From assembly GCA_964575405.1 (NCBI GenBank), contig CAZNRB010000001.1, positions 1 through 52,463 of the forward strand: 52,463 bases of DNA, given 5' to 3'. The notes under the pieces are model-generated. The model was given only the letters and a program-made list of their open reading frames with translations. It did not search any database and had not been told where the DNA came from. How positions within the stretch are numbered: the first letter of the stretch is position 1; each line of letters begins with the position of its first letter. Positions 1 to 9,150 of this stretch are shown here, piece after piece. The translations under genes and the position numbers were made by a program. The DNA comes from an uncultured Synergistaceae bacterium. Its GTDB lineage: Bacteria; Synergistota; Synergistia; Synergistales; Dethiosulfovibrionaceae.

Positions 1-51
1 ATCGGTCGTGGACGAATTGTAGCCGGCAAAAGCGCAAAAACCGAGGAGAAT

Positions 52-699
52 ATGGTACGGGCTATTAGCCGCGCCATGTTTCACTTTCCGGAGCACCGCC
101 AAGAAGTCCGGAATTATCTGCAAGTTCATTCTCCTTGTCGGGTCATGATCCTGGCCACTTCTTTGGGGATGGTGGAGGATATTTGCGTCGTCCTGGGATT
201 GCCTAAACCTTCTTCTCTGGTCAGAATCGAAGAAGTGGCATCCGATGAGGAGATCCAGAAAGCTCTTTACGAACGGAAGCAAAACAAGCGCCACGTGATC
301 CCCGTTTCCCAAGCCCAGATACGCAGAAATTTCACGGGCCGTCTGGTGGGACATCTTAAAAACCTTTTCGTCGGCAAAGAAGATGGGGAGAAGACGATTG
401 TACGGCCTCCCTTTAGTTTTTACGGCACCCTTCGTATTGACCCATCGGTAATCCGTCAAATTTCTGAATACGCTGCTTGCGGGGCTCCCCAAATCTCTAA
501 AATCAGCGAAATCAAGGTCAAGGAAAGCGAAACGGGCCTGGTGATTTCTGTCAATCTCAAGGTCATAACCGGCAGCATGAGCTTTTTGGAGTTAACTAGG
601 GAAGCGGCCCTGCGGATACGAGTTGCAGTAGAACAGCTGACAGGAATGGAAGTCGCGCGGGTCGATTCGAACATATCGGAGGTCGCCTTCGATGATTGA
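52..699 (+). CDS. Asp23/Gls24-family domain protein with an unrecognised N-terminal half
   Basis: The C-terminal ~100 aa (IDPSVIRQISEYAA...VISVNLKV...LTGMEVARVDSNISEV) follow the Asp23/Gls24 pattern. ATG 52 has GAGGAG just upstream. The frame stays open back to nt 1, so the gene may start outside the window. Confidence 0.55.
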   Translation: MVRAISRAMFHFPEHRQEVRNYLQVHSPCRVMILATSLGMVEDICVVLGLPKPSSLVRIEEVASDEEIQKALYERKQNKRHVIPVSQAQIRRNFTGRLVGHLKNLFVGKEDGEKTIVRPPFSFYGTLRIDPSVIRQISEYAACGAPQISKISEIKVKESETGLVISVNLKVITGSMSFLELTREAALRIRVAVEQLTGMEVARVDSNISEVAFDD

Positions 700-1318
700 G
701 ATGCTCTACCGTGCTCAAACTTCTCTCGAACAAAGAGAAGCGCTTTTCCGCCAGATTCAGCGGACCATTGGAGAATGTCACCGCTGCAACCTTGCTGAAA
801 AACGCGATCAAACCGTCTGCGGTGAAGGCCCACTGGACGCTAAATTGATGTTTGTAGGAGAAGGCCCCGGCGCTGACGAAGACCTTCAGGGCCGCCCTTT
901 TGTGGGGAGGGCCGGTCAGCTCCTAACGAAAATTCTGGAATCAGCGGGCATCAAAAGAGAAGAAGTGTACATCACCAATATAGTAAAATGCCGTCCACCG
1001 GACAATCGAGTTCCTCAGATCGAAGAAGTCCTAAGGTGTCAGCAATATCTTGAGGCGCAAATTGCTATCATAGGGCCTAAGATCATTGTAGCTTTGGGAA
1101 ACACTCCGACCAAATGGTTTTTACACAGCAACGGAATTACCCGTCTGCGCGGACGATGGTTCACCTGGCGAGGAATAGACCTGATGCCTATGTTCCATCC
1201 TAGCTATCTTCTGCGCAACGACAGCCGGGCAAAGGGAAGCCCTAAGGACCTGACCTGGCAGGATATTCAAGCAGTAAAAATCAGATATGATCAAATTGCT
1301 GGCAAGGAGGAACAATGA
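692..1318 (+). CDS. Family-4 uracil-DNA glycosylase
   Basis: Motifs CHRC...GEGP..AKLMFVGEGPGADED and GRPFVGRAGQLL...NIVKCRPP are typical of family-4 (Fe-S) UDG. It overlaps the upstream gene by 8 nt. Confidence 0.9.
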   Translation: MIEMLYRAQTSLEQREALFRQIQRTIGECHRCNLAEKRDQTVCGEGPLDAKLMFVGEGPGADEDLQGRPFVGRAGQLLTKILESAGIKREEVYITNIVKCRPPDNRVPQIEEVLRCQQYLEAQIAIIGPKIIVALGNTPTKWFLHSNGITRLRGRWFTWRGIDLMPMFHPSYLLRNDSRAKGSPKDLTWQDIQAVKIRYDQIAGKEEQ

Positions 1319-2001
1319 CAAAGCTCCCGGTTCATGTGGCTATTATCATGGACGGCAACGGCCGTTGGGCGAAAAAGAGAGGGCTCCCCAGACTGCTGGG
1401 CCATCGCGCTGGTATTGCGGCCCTAGAGCGGACAGTGCGCTCGGCCGCCGAAGCTGGCATACGCTACCTTTCGGTTTATGCCTTTTCGACGGAAAATTGG
1501 AACCGTCCTCAGCAGGAAGTGGCCGGATTGATGGAGCTTCTTGAGGCTTACGCCCAGCAGAAGGTCCATCTTCTCATAGAACAGGGGGTTCGAATCCGCT
1601 TTTGCGGCAGTCCTAGAGGAGTACCTGAAAAAATTTTAAAAATTATAGAGTGGTGCGAAGAGACCACTAGGGACTCTAAAAAAATGGATCTGGTAGTCTG
1701 TTTCAACTACGGCGGACGGCAGGAGATCCTAGATGCCATAGTTGCTGCCCGAGAAGCCGGAGAGGAGATTCACGACGAGGCAACCCTTAGAAAATTTCTC
1801 TATCAACCCGATGTACCCGATCCCGATTTGATAATCCGCACCAGCGGCGAACTTCGCTTGAGCAATTTCCTTTTATGGGAGAGCAGTTACAGCGAATTCT
1901 ATTTCACAGAGATTCTATGGCCCGATTTCGACGCGGAAGAATTTCAAAAGGCACTGCATTCCTTTGAAGGGAGGGATCGCCGCTATGGCTTGGTCCAATG
2001 A
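1315..2001 (+). CDS. uppS: Undecaprenyl diphosphate synthase (cis-prenyltransferase)
   Basis: HVAIIMDGNGRWAKKRG, FSTENWNRP and RTSGELRLSNFLLW motifs. ATGA overlap with the UDG stop. Confidence 0.95.
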   Translation: MTKLPVHVAIIMDGNGRWAKKRGLPRLLGHRAGIAALERTVRSAAEAGIRYLSVYAFSTENWNRPQQEVAGLMELLEAYAQQKVHLLIEQGVRIRFCGSPRGVPEKILKIIEWCEETTRDSKKMDLVVCFNYGGRQEILDAIVAAREAGEEIHDEATLRKFLYQPDVPDPDLIIRTSGELRLSNFLLWESSYSEFYFTEILWPDFDAEEFQKALHSFEGRDRRYGLVQ

Positions 2002-2803
2002 ATTTAGATATAATTTCATCGTTCGGGGGATCACTGGCTTTGGGCTGGTGGCTTTGCTGATGGTGATGCTCAGTCTGGGAGGACTGTGGTGGCATCTATT
2101 TGCCTCTACGATTGCCTTTCTATCCCTGTGGGAATTCTATCGTGCAATACGATCTTCCTACACCTTTCCTGAAATATTGGGATACGCTGCTGCCTTTGTG
2201 ATCTTGGCGGTCCCGCAATTTTTTTCTGTCCAAGCGCTGCTGTTTGCCCTGGTGCTTTGTGGTTTTGCCGTCATGTTCCTGGAGGTCTTTCGCAGAGAGG
2301 TTAGCGGCGAAAGTTTTGCCTGTCGGAGCGGGGGGACCCTATTACTGGGTCTGGTATACATAGTCCTCCCCTGGAGTTTCATGATCCAGCTGCGAGAGCT
2401 GCCGTCTGGATGGCCGGCGTTATCCTGCGTCTTTCTCTGTACCTGGAGCTGTGACGTTTTTGCATATCTCGTAGGCACCCAATGGGGAAGTCGCCATATC
2501 TGCCCCAATACCAGTCCGAACAAAAGCCTGGAGGGCTTTATGGGCGGTTTTGCTGCCAGTCTGCTTTGTGGTGTCTTATGCGCCCTTTGGTGGAACTATC
2601 AACCTGGTCCTTTTGTAATGGCCGGCGTCATCTGCGGCTCCTTCGGACAGCTAGGCGATCTGGTGGAATCTATGTTTAAAAGAGAGTTCAATGTAAAAGA
2701 CACCGGCTCGATTCTGCCTGGTCATGGCGGTTTTCTGGATCGCTTTGACAGCATTTTAATCAACGGCTCCATGTGTTTTATGCTCTGGGATCTTTTTGTA
2801 TAG
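1985..2803 (+). CDS. cdsA: Phosphatidate cytidylyltransferase
   Basis: Multi-TM protein with the C-terminal signature SMFKREFNVKDTGSILPGHGGFLDRFDS. I prefer ATG 1985 (AAGGGAGGG upstream) to the TTG at 1964 in the ORF track. Confidence 0.85.
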   Translation: MAWSNEFRYNFIVRGITGFGLVALLMVMLSLGGLWWHLFASTIAFLSLWEFYRAIRSSYTFPEILGYAAAFVILAVPQFFSVQALLFALVLCGFAVMFLEVFRREVSGESFACRSGGTLLLGLVYIVLPWSFMIQLRELPSGWPALSCVFLCTWSCDVFAYLVGTQWGSRHICPNTSPNKSLEGFMGGFAASLLCGVLCALWWNYQPGPFVMAGVICGSFGQLGDLVESMFKREFNVKDTGSILPGHGGFLDRFDSILINGSMCFMLWDLFV

Positions 2804-2806
2804 ACC

Positions 2807-3970
2807 ATGACTGCACAGAAGAAGCGGATTGCTGTGATTGGCTGCACAGGAAGCGTGGGCACTTCAATTCTTGACCTGTGCCGCCATTATCCCGATCGTT
2901 TAAAGGTAGAAATCCTAGCGGCCAACAGCGGTGGTTCTTTGCTTCCAATGCTTTGCAGAGAATTCAAGCCTCGAGATGTGGTTTTGATGACACCCCGCAA
3001 CGATATTCTCGGAGTGAAGGTCTCCGTGGGGGATCAAGCCCTGATGGACGCTTTTTTGGACCCTGCTATCGATCACGTGGCAGTGGCATCTTCAGGTATA
3101 GCCGCGGCAAAGCACCTTTGGGCCGCCCTTAAAGTTGGCAAAGAAGTCAGCTTGGCCAATAAGGAATCGGCTCTGTTGTTGGGCCAAAGGATCACCTCTT
3201 TTTGCCGTTCAGGCCAGCTTCGTCCGCTGGACAGCGAACATAATGCCCTCTGGCAGTGCATTCATGGGGAAAATTGGAAAGACCTATCTGGCCTTTTCCT
3301 CACAGCCTCAGGAGGTCCCTTCCTAAGGATCCCCTTGGAACAGTTCGAGCATATCTCGCCGGAACTTGCTATGGCCCATCCGGTCTGGTCCATGGGAAGA
3401 AAATTGAACGTAGATAGTGCCACGATGATCAATAAGGCCATCGAGATTTTAGAGGCCCATTACCTTTTTGGCCTAGCCAGTGAAAAAATCCATCCACTGA
3501 TCCACCCTAGTTCTATTGTCCATGGGATGGCTGCATTTGTGGATTCTACCGTGAAGATGCTGGCCAGCAGTCCTGATATGCGCTTGGCCGCTTTGACGGC
3601 TATCCTGTGGCCAGAGCGGGCAGAACTTCGTCTGCCTGGCCTTGTTCCACTAGATCCTTCGACGATGGACCTGCACTTTGAAAAGCCCGAGAAGGCCCGT
3701 TTCCCAGGGCTCTTCCATGGAATGGAGGCCGCTAAGCGCGGCGGGAGCTATCCAGTGATACTGATAGCAGCTGATCAAAGAGCAGTGGACCTTTTTCTTG
3801 AAAGAAAAATTTCCTTTCCTCAGATAGCTGAGATTATAGGCGAAGTCATGGAAAGCTATAGTGACAGCGATGTGGAAGATATAGAAGGAAGGATGTCCTT
3901 ATATCAGCGAGGAATGGATGTAGCCTCCGAATTTGCAGAAGGCAGAAAGGTTCGAAATTGGAAATGCTGA
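2807..3970 (+). CDS. dxr: 1-deoxy-D-xylulose 5-phosphate reductoisomerase
   Basis: N-terminal IAVIGCTGSVGTS NADPH fold, LANKES and DSEHNALWQC motifs. Sits in the conserved uppS-cdsA-dxr-rseP context. Confidence 0.95.
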   Translation: MTAQKKRIAVIGCTGSVGTSILDLCRHYPDRLKVEILAANSGGSLLPMLCREFKPRDVVLMTPRNDILGVKVSVGDQALMDAFLDPAIDHVAVASSGIAAAKHLWAALKVGKEVSLANKESALLLGQRITSFCRSGQLRPLDSEHNALWQCIHGENWKDLSGLFLTASGGPFLRIPLEQFEHISPELAMAHPVWSMGRKLNVDSATMINKAIEILEAHYLFGLASEKIHPLIHPSSIVHGMAAFVDSTVKMLASSPDMRLAALTAILWPERAELRLPGLVPLDPSTMDLHFEKPEKARFPGLFHGMEAAKRGGSYPVILIAADQRAVDLFLERKISFPQIAEIIGEVMESYSDSDVEDIEGRMSLYQRGMDVASEFAEGRKVRNWKC

Positions 3971-5010
3971 TTAGCCTTTTGGCGTTTTTGTTCATTATCC
4001 TAGTATGCGTTATGGTTCACGAATGGGGCCATTACATCACCGCGATCCTCTGCGGTGTTCAGGTCCACGAATTTGCCTTCGGAATGGGGCCTGCATTATG
4101 GCAGCGTCGCGGCAAAAGAAACCTTTGGAGTTTTAGGGCTTTTCCCGTGGGAGGTTTTGTGCGTTTAGCCGGTATGGGAGAGGAGAACGACGAAGAACAA
4201 GTTTCCCCTGGCATGGCGTTCCTCGAAAAATCCCCTTGGAAGCGCCTGATAATCCTATCTGCGGGATCTTTCAATAACATTGTGCTGGTAGTCCTGCTAG
4301 CCACCGGAATACTGTGGTACAACGGTATCCTCGATCTGTCAAAAACCGAAGTGGGGACCGTCATCGCCGGTTACCCTGCGGAACAAGCGGGCCTTCAAAG
4401 CGGCGATGTGTTGCTACAGGTAAACGGCGTAACCGTGGATGATTGGAAATCCATGACCGAGGAAATAGCCATGGCGGGAAAGAGCTCCGGTTCTGCCCAG
4501 TTGTTAATACGCAGAGGCGACGAAGAGTTCTCTCTCGATCTGGCCACAAAGCTGGATTCCGCGTCAAAGCGGCCGCTGATCGGCATAACGCCTCCGTTGC
4601 GGAGGCTCTCGTTTTGGAAAGCCGCGTCCCAGTCCTTGGGCTACACCTTCGAGATGTCTCTCCTGATGATCAAAGGGCTGGTGCAAATGGTCGCTCATCC
4701 CACTAGGGCCGATATCGCCGGTCCCGTGGGGATTGCGACCATGGCGGGAGACGCAGCGGAGGCCGGTTTTTGGCCCCTGATTTCCTTTTTGGCTATGATC
4801 AGCCTGAACTTGGGCATTTTAAATCTGCTGCCCTTTCCTGCCCTTGACGGAGGCCGCATTCTTTTCGTGTTAATTGAGATGATCCTGCGCAAACCACTGT
4901 CCGAAGAAGTAGAGGGGAGAATTCACTTTGCAGGTTTCCTGATCCTCATGGCCTTGATCCTGCTTGTGACGTGGAAAGACATCCTCCGCATTGTCGGCAC
5001 TAATCAATAG
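3964..5010 (+). CDS. rseP: Site-2 (RIP) zinc metalloprotease RseP
   Basis: HEWGHY zinc motif in TM1, a central PDZ-like segment and C-terminal LNLLPFPALDGG. ATG 3964 overlaps the dxr stop (ATGCTGA). The track's TTG at 3958 is the alternative. Confidence 0.85.
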   Translation: MLISLLAFLFIILVCVMVHEWGHYITAILCGVQVHEFAFGMGPALWQRRGKRNLWSFRAFPVGGFVRLAGMGEENDEEQVSPGMAFLEKSPWKRLIILSAGSFNNIVLVVLLATGILWYNGILDLSKTEVGTVIAGYPAEQAGLQSGDVLLQVNGVTVDDWKSMTEEIAMAGKSSGSAQLLIRRGDEEFSLDLATKLDSASKRPLIGITPPLRRLSFWKAASQSLGYTFEMSLLMIKGLVQMVAHPTRADIAGPVGIATMAGDAAEAGFWPLISFLAMISLNLGILNLLPFPALDGGRILFVLIEMILRKPLSEEVEGRIHFAGFLILMALILLVTWKDILRIVGTNQ

Positions 5011-5018
5011 GCGCTTCC

Positions 5019-6056
5019 ATGAAAAAAACTCTTTATGTTGGCGATTTGCCCATTGGAGCAGGACAGCCGATCCGAGTGGAATCTATGCTCAAATGCCCTC
5101 TGGATAACCGTCAAGGCTGTATTCAACAGCTTCGACAATTGGCCGAAAAGGGATGTGAATTGGTGCGAGTCGCCTTTCCTCAGTTAAAGTTTCGACAAGA
5201 TTTGGAGTCGTTGCTGCAGGAAAGTCCCTTGCCGTTGATGGCCGATATCCATTTTGACCCTGCTTTAGCAGAAGCGGCCATCGAGGCCGGCTGTCCAGCA
5301 ATTCGCATCAACCCTGGCAATATGGGCTCTCCTAGAAGGCTGGCCAGCGTTATCAAAAAAGCTAAGGACCATCGGACGATCATCCGCGTTGGAGCTAACA
5401 GCGGCTCCGTTAACAGCGCACAGTTAAAAGCTGCAGGTGGAGATCGAGGCAAAGCCTTGGCATTGGCAGTGAAAGAGCAGATGGAAATGCTGCTTTCATT
5501 GGACTTCACCGACATTATCGTCTCAGCGAAATCCACTAATATAGAAGAATCCTTGCGGGCTAACCAGATTCTTCATGGAGATTTTGGTGACTTCCCATTC
5601 CATGTGGGTATTACCGAGGCCGGCAGCAGCGTTGACGGCATCGTGAAAAGTAGCTGTGGCATAGCTTTGCTCTTGACCCAGGGGATCGGCGATACCTTGA
5701 GGGTCAGTCTATCTCAGGATCCTTCTGATGAAGTTCAGGTTGGCTATAGCATCCTTCGGGCCCTGAATTTACGGCATCGTGGAGTCCAATTAATTTCCTG
5801 TCCAACCTGTGGACGAAAACAATTGGATGTGGCCACATTGATCACAAAAATACGCCCCTTAACGTCGCAGCTGCCCGATGGTTTTAGTCTGGCCGTGATG
5901 GGCTGCGAAGTCAACGGCCCCTTAGAGGCGAAACACGCCCAGTTGGGCATAGCTGGTTCTCCCTCAGGAGTGGTGATCTTCAAGCAGGGAGAGATTGTAG
6001 CTCGCTGCAATCCCGAGGAAGTTCTGGATACGTTGCGCCGCTATCTTCCTGAATAG
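5019..6056 (+). CDS. ispG: 4-hydroxy-3-methylbut-2-enyl diphosphate synthase
   Basis: GcpE pattern with RINPGN, ITEAG and the C-terminal Cys cluster ISCPTCGR...GCEVNGP. Confidence 0.95.
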   Translation: MKKTLYVGDLPIGAGQPIRVESMLKCPLDNRQGCIQQLRQLAEKGCELVRVAFPQLKFRQDLESLLQESPLPLMADIHFDPALAEAAIEAGCPAIRINPGNMGSPRRLASVIKKAKDHRTIIRVGANSGSVNSAQLKAAGGDRGKALALAVKEQMEMLLSLDFTDIIVSAKSTNIEESLRANQILHGDFGDFPFHVGITEAGSSVDGIVKSSCGIALLLTQGIGDTLRVSLSQDPSDEVQVGYSILRALNLRHRGVQLISCPTCGRKQLDVATLITKIRPLTSQLPDGFSLAVMGCEVNGPLEAKHAQLGIAGSPSGVVIFKQGEIVARCNPEEVLDTLRRYLPE

Positions 6057-6247
6057 TGTCATCTTTTTCATCTCAGCGAGCTCTGTGGTAGAATGGGGGA
6101 AAACGCTTTTTGCCGCTTTCTGAGGAATCAAAAAGCCGTTGAAGACCTCGGCCACTAGCTGAATAAGGTAGGTCTTTTTTCTCTGTTGCCTTGCGAAATT
6201 AGGGGACGCCGGTCCCTAGGCAGAATATTATCTAGAGGTGATTTTAT

Positions 6248-6997
6248 ATGTCGGGACATTCCAAATGGGCCAACATCAAGCATCGTAAGGCTGCCCAGGA
6301 TTCAAAGAGGGGCAACCTCTTCCAGAAGCTCATCAAGGCCATTATCATCGCCGCCAAAGATGGCGGCGGCGACCCTGGAATGAATGTCCGCCTTAAAGCA
6401 GCCATTGAGCGTGCTAAGGCAGCCAGCGTTCCCGCTCAAAACATCGAACGGGCCATCAAGCGTGGAACTGGCGAGCTAGAAGGTGCTTCCTATGAAGAGC
6501 TGACCTACGAAGGCTACGGCGTAGAGGGCGTTGCGCTGATTATTGACGCCTTGACCGATAACCGCAACCGGACGACTCCTGAAGTGCGCGCATTGCTGGA
6601 ACACAATGGAGGCTCCATGGGCACCAGTGGCAGTGTGGCCTGGATGTTCGAGCGGAAGGGCTCCATCTCCATCGAAGGAGCTGTGGATGAAGATCAGCTT
6701 ATGGAGGCGGCCCTGGAGGCAGGCGCTGACGACATCGAGGTCAGCGATGGAGAAGCGACGGTCTCCACCGATCCCTCTGCCATGATGGACGTTAAAGAGG
6801 CCTTGGAAAAACAGGGGTATAAAATCTCAGATGCGGAGGTTATTATGTCTCCTAAGACGACTGTGACCATATCGGACATTACAAAAGCCCAAAAGATGCT
6901 GAAGTTGATCGATCTTCTAGAGGGCCATGACGATGTTCAGAACGTCTATGCGAATTTTGAGTTTTCAGAGGAGGTCTCTGTAGCGCTTGGAGAGTAG
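6248..6997 (+). CDS. YebC/PmpR-family transcriptional regulator
   Basis: N-terminus MSGHSKWANIKHRKAAQDSKRG is near-invariant for the family. Lies directly upstream of ruvC as in many bacteria. Confidence 0.92.
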   Translation: MSGHSKWANIKHRKAAQDSKRGNLFQKLIKAIIIAAKDGGGDPGMNVRLKAAIERAKAASVPAQNIERAIKRGTGELEGASYEELTYEGYGVEGVALIIDALTDNRNRTTPEVRALLEHNGGSMGTSGSVAWMFERKGSISIEGAVDEDQLMEAALEAGADDIEVSDGEATVSTDPSAMMDVKEALEKQGYKISDAEVIMSPKTTVTISDITKAQKMLKLIDLLEGHDDVQNVYANFEFSEEVSVALGE

Positions 6998-7505
6998 GGC
7001 TAGAGAGGGACTGATCTGTCTCGGCATTGATCCAGGAATAGGGCGGATGGGATACGGCGTGGTACAGCAGGTGGGAAGCCGGTATGAAGTGCTCTCCTAC
7101 GGATGTTTAGAAACACCGGCCCACCGAGGGACTCCAATTCGTCTAAAGGCCCTTTATGAGGGAGTGAGGGAGCAGATTGCGCGCTGCTCCCCTCATTTTA
7201 TGTCTGTAGAACGGCTCTATTTCGGTCAAAACCGGACCACTGCCGAGTCGGTATGGCAGGCCAGGGGAGTGGCTCTCTTAGCAGGAGCCCAGTGCAACCT
7301 ACCTATCTTGGAGCCCAAGCCATCGGAGGCGAAGATGACTATCTGCGGCGATGGGAAGGCAGAAAAAAAACAGATCCAGCGAATGATACAGCAGCTTTTA
7401 GGATTGCCAGAAATTCCTCGGCCTGACGACGCGGCCGATGGCCTGGCCATAGCGATTACTGGTTTGACTCTGTTTTTGAGCCCTCAATATCGTTTGAGGA
7501 GGTAG
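6987..7505 (+). CDS. ruvC: Holliday junction resolvase RuvC
   Basis: LGIDPG...GYGV start, ER..F motif and C-terminal DAADGLAIAI. TTG 6987 is the only in-frame start before the GIDPG motif. Confidence 0.88.
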   Translation: MESRAREGLICLGIDPGIGRMGYGVVQQVGSRYEVLSYGCLETPAHRGTPIRLKALYEGVREQIARCSPHFMSVERLYFGQNRTTAESVWQARGVALLAGAQCNLPILEPKPSEAKMTICGDGKAEKKQIQRMIQQLLGLPEIPRPDDAADGLAIAITGLTLFLSPQYRLRR

Positions 7506-7507
7506 TC

Positions 7508-8104
7508 ATGCTCGCTACTATCAAGGGTATGGTGCTACAGAAGGACGGTTTTATCGCTGTTATTGAAGTCCACGGCTTAGGCTTTGAAGTAATTCTCTCC
7601 CGCAGTGCCTTTAACCGATGTACGTTAGGAGAAGAAATTTATCTACTCACATCTCTGCAGATCACAGAAGCGGGGCCGTCGCTTTACGGTTTTGGCGATG
7701 ACCTGGAGAGGCGAATGTTCCGTCTGTTGCTGCTGGTCAAGGGAATTGGCGGACGCATGGCCATGACGTTGCTCCAAGCCTTATCGCCTCAGGAAATAAT
7801 TTCGGCGGTAGCTTCCGGAGATGGGCGGTCTTTGACGTCTGTGCCCGGGGTCGGCAAAAAAACGGCTGAGCGGATTTGTTTCGAATTAGCTGATAAAATC
7901 GAAAAGCAAGGGTTAGAAGAACTCAGGACAACCCCCACAAAAGGAGATTCCATTGCCGGAGGAGTGGCAGATGCCCTGGAATCTCTCGGTTTTGATCGCA
8001 TCCTAGCTCTGCGGACCTATAAACAATTGCGCGAGACCACGTCAGCAGCTATGACCGAAGAAGAAGCCATTTTAAATTGCCTGAGGTTGCTCCAAAAGAA
8101 ATGA
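7508..8104 (+). CDS. ruvA: Holliday junction DNA helicase subunit RuvA
   Basis: OB-fold N-terminus, HhH motifs (VKGIGGRMA, VPGVGKKTAERI), GAGGAGG RBS, and position between ruvC and ruvB. Confidence 0.9.
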   Translation: MLATIKGMVLQKDGFIAVIEVHGLGFEVILSRSAFNRCTLGEEIYLLTSLQITEAGPSLYGFGDDLERRMFRLLLLVKGIGGRMAMTLLQALSPQEIISAVASGDGRSLTSVPGVGKKTAERICFELADKIEKQGLEELRTTPTKGDSIAGGVADALESLGFDRILALRTYKQLRETTSAAMTEEEAILNCLRLLQKK

Positions 8105-8115
8105 GGTGATGTCCT

Positions 8116-9150
8116 ATGGATCTCGAAAAAATCCACCGCGGTTTTGAACTCCCTCCGGGGGAAGACGAGAAGACTCTGCGTCCCTGTGCCCTGGCAGATT
8201 TTCACGGACAGAAGGAAATCAAAGCCAAGATGGAAATCTATATTCGAGCGGCTCGCCAACGTGGAGAGGCTCTGGATCACATCCTCTTCTACGGTCCTCC
8301 TGGATTGGGAAAAACCACCTTGGCAGGCATCATAGCCCACGAAATGAACAGCGAACTGCGGGTTACTACGGGACCGGCCTTGGAAAAACCAGGAGATCTT
8401 GCCGCGATTCTTTCAAATCTTCAGGATCATGACGTGCTGTTCATCGATGAGATCCATCGGATGTCCACTACCATCGAAGAAGTGTTATATTCGGCCATGG
8501 AGGACTTTACGCTCCATATTATTGTCGGCAAAGGACCTCTGGCCCGCAGCATATGCTTGAATTTACCCCGCTTCACCCTAGTCGGGGCGACCACTCGGCT
8601 AGGGCTTTTGAGCTCTCCTCTGAGGGCCCGCTTCGGTATTGTGGAACAGCTGCGCCTTTACACCCAAGAGGAGCTGTGCCAAATTCTTCGTCGTGGCGCT
8701 GCGGTGCTTGGGATGGACATTTCCGACAGAGCCTGTAACGCCGTAGCGGAACGAGCCCGTGGCACCCCAAGAATCGCCTTGAGGCTGCTCAGGCGCGTTC
8801 GAGATGTGGCAGAAGTCGCTGGAGAGGGCCAGCAAATCGAGGAATCCACAGCACTGCAGGCGATGAAAATGCTGGGGTTGGATGATATCGGTTTTGATTC
8901 CGGCGATCGGAGAATTCTTGATACGATAGTCACGCTGTTCAACGGCGGCCCCGTGGGACTTTCGACTATAGCTGCGGCGATCAACGAAGAACCGCAGACA
9001 ATAGAGGACATTTATGAACCCTACCTGATTCAAAAGGGAATGATCGAGCGGACACCCCGCGGACGGAGGGCCACTGATAATGCATACCGCTACCTTGGAA
9101 AAGAGATTCCCCAGCGCAGTGAAGACCAACAACAGCTGGAATTTTTATAG
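8116..9150 (+). CDS. ruvB: Holliday junction DNA helicase RuvB
   Basis: LRP..L.DF.GQ, Walker A GPPGLGKTTLA, Walker B LFIDEIHR and sensor GATTR. Confidence 0.97.
   Translation: MDLEKIHRGFELPPGEDEKTLRPCALADFHGQKEIKAKMEIYIRAARQRGEALDHILFYGPPGLGKTTLAGIIAHEMNSELRVTTGPALEKPGDLAAILSNLQDHDVLFIDEIHRMSTTIEEVLYSAMEDFTLHIIVGKGPLARSICLNLPRFTLVGATTRLGLLSSPLRARFGIVEQLRLYTQEELCQILRRGAAVLGMDISDRACNAVAERARGTPRIALRLLRRVRDVAEVAGEGQQIEESTALQAMKMLGLDDIGFDSGDRRILDTIVTLFNGGPVGLSTIAAAINEEPQTIEDIYEPYLIQKGMIERTPRGRRATDNAYRYLGKEIPQRSEDQQQLEFL

Noticed and set aside
6202-6217. Recurring GGGAC...GTCCC hairpins in three intergenic spacers (6202-6217, 36253-36275, 38863-38877), considered as a possible REP-like repeat family.
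   Set aside because: The stems are only 5-7 bp, the loops and flanks are unrelated, and one of them is simply the ftsZ terminator. Three occurrences are compatible with chance.
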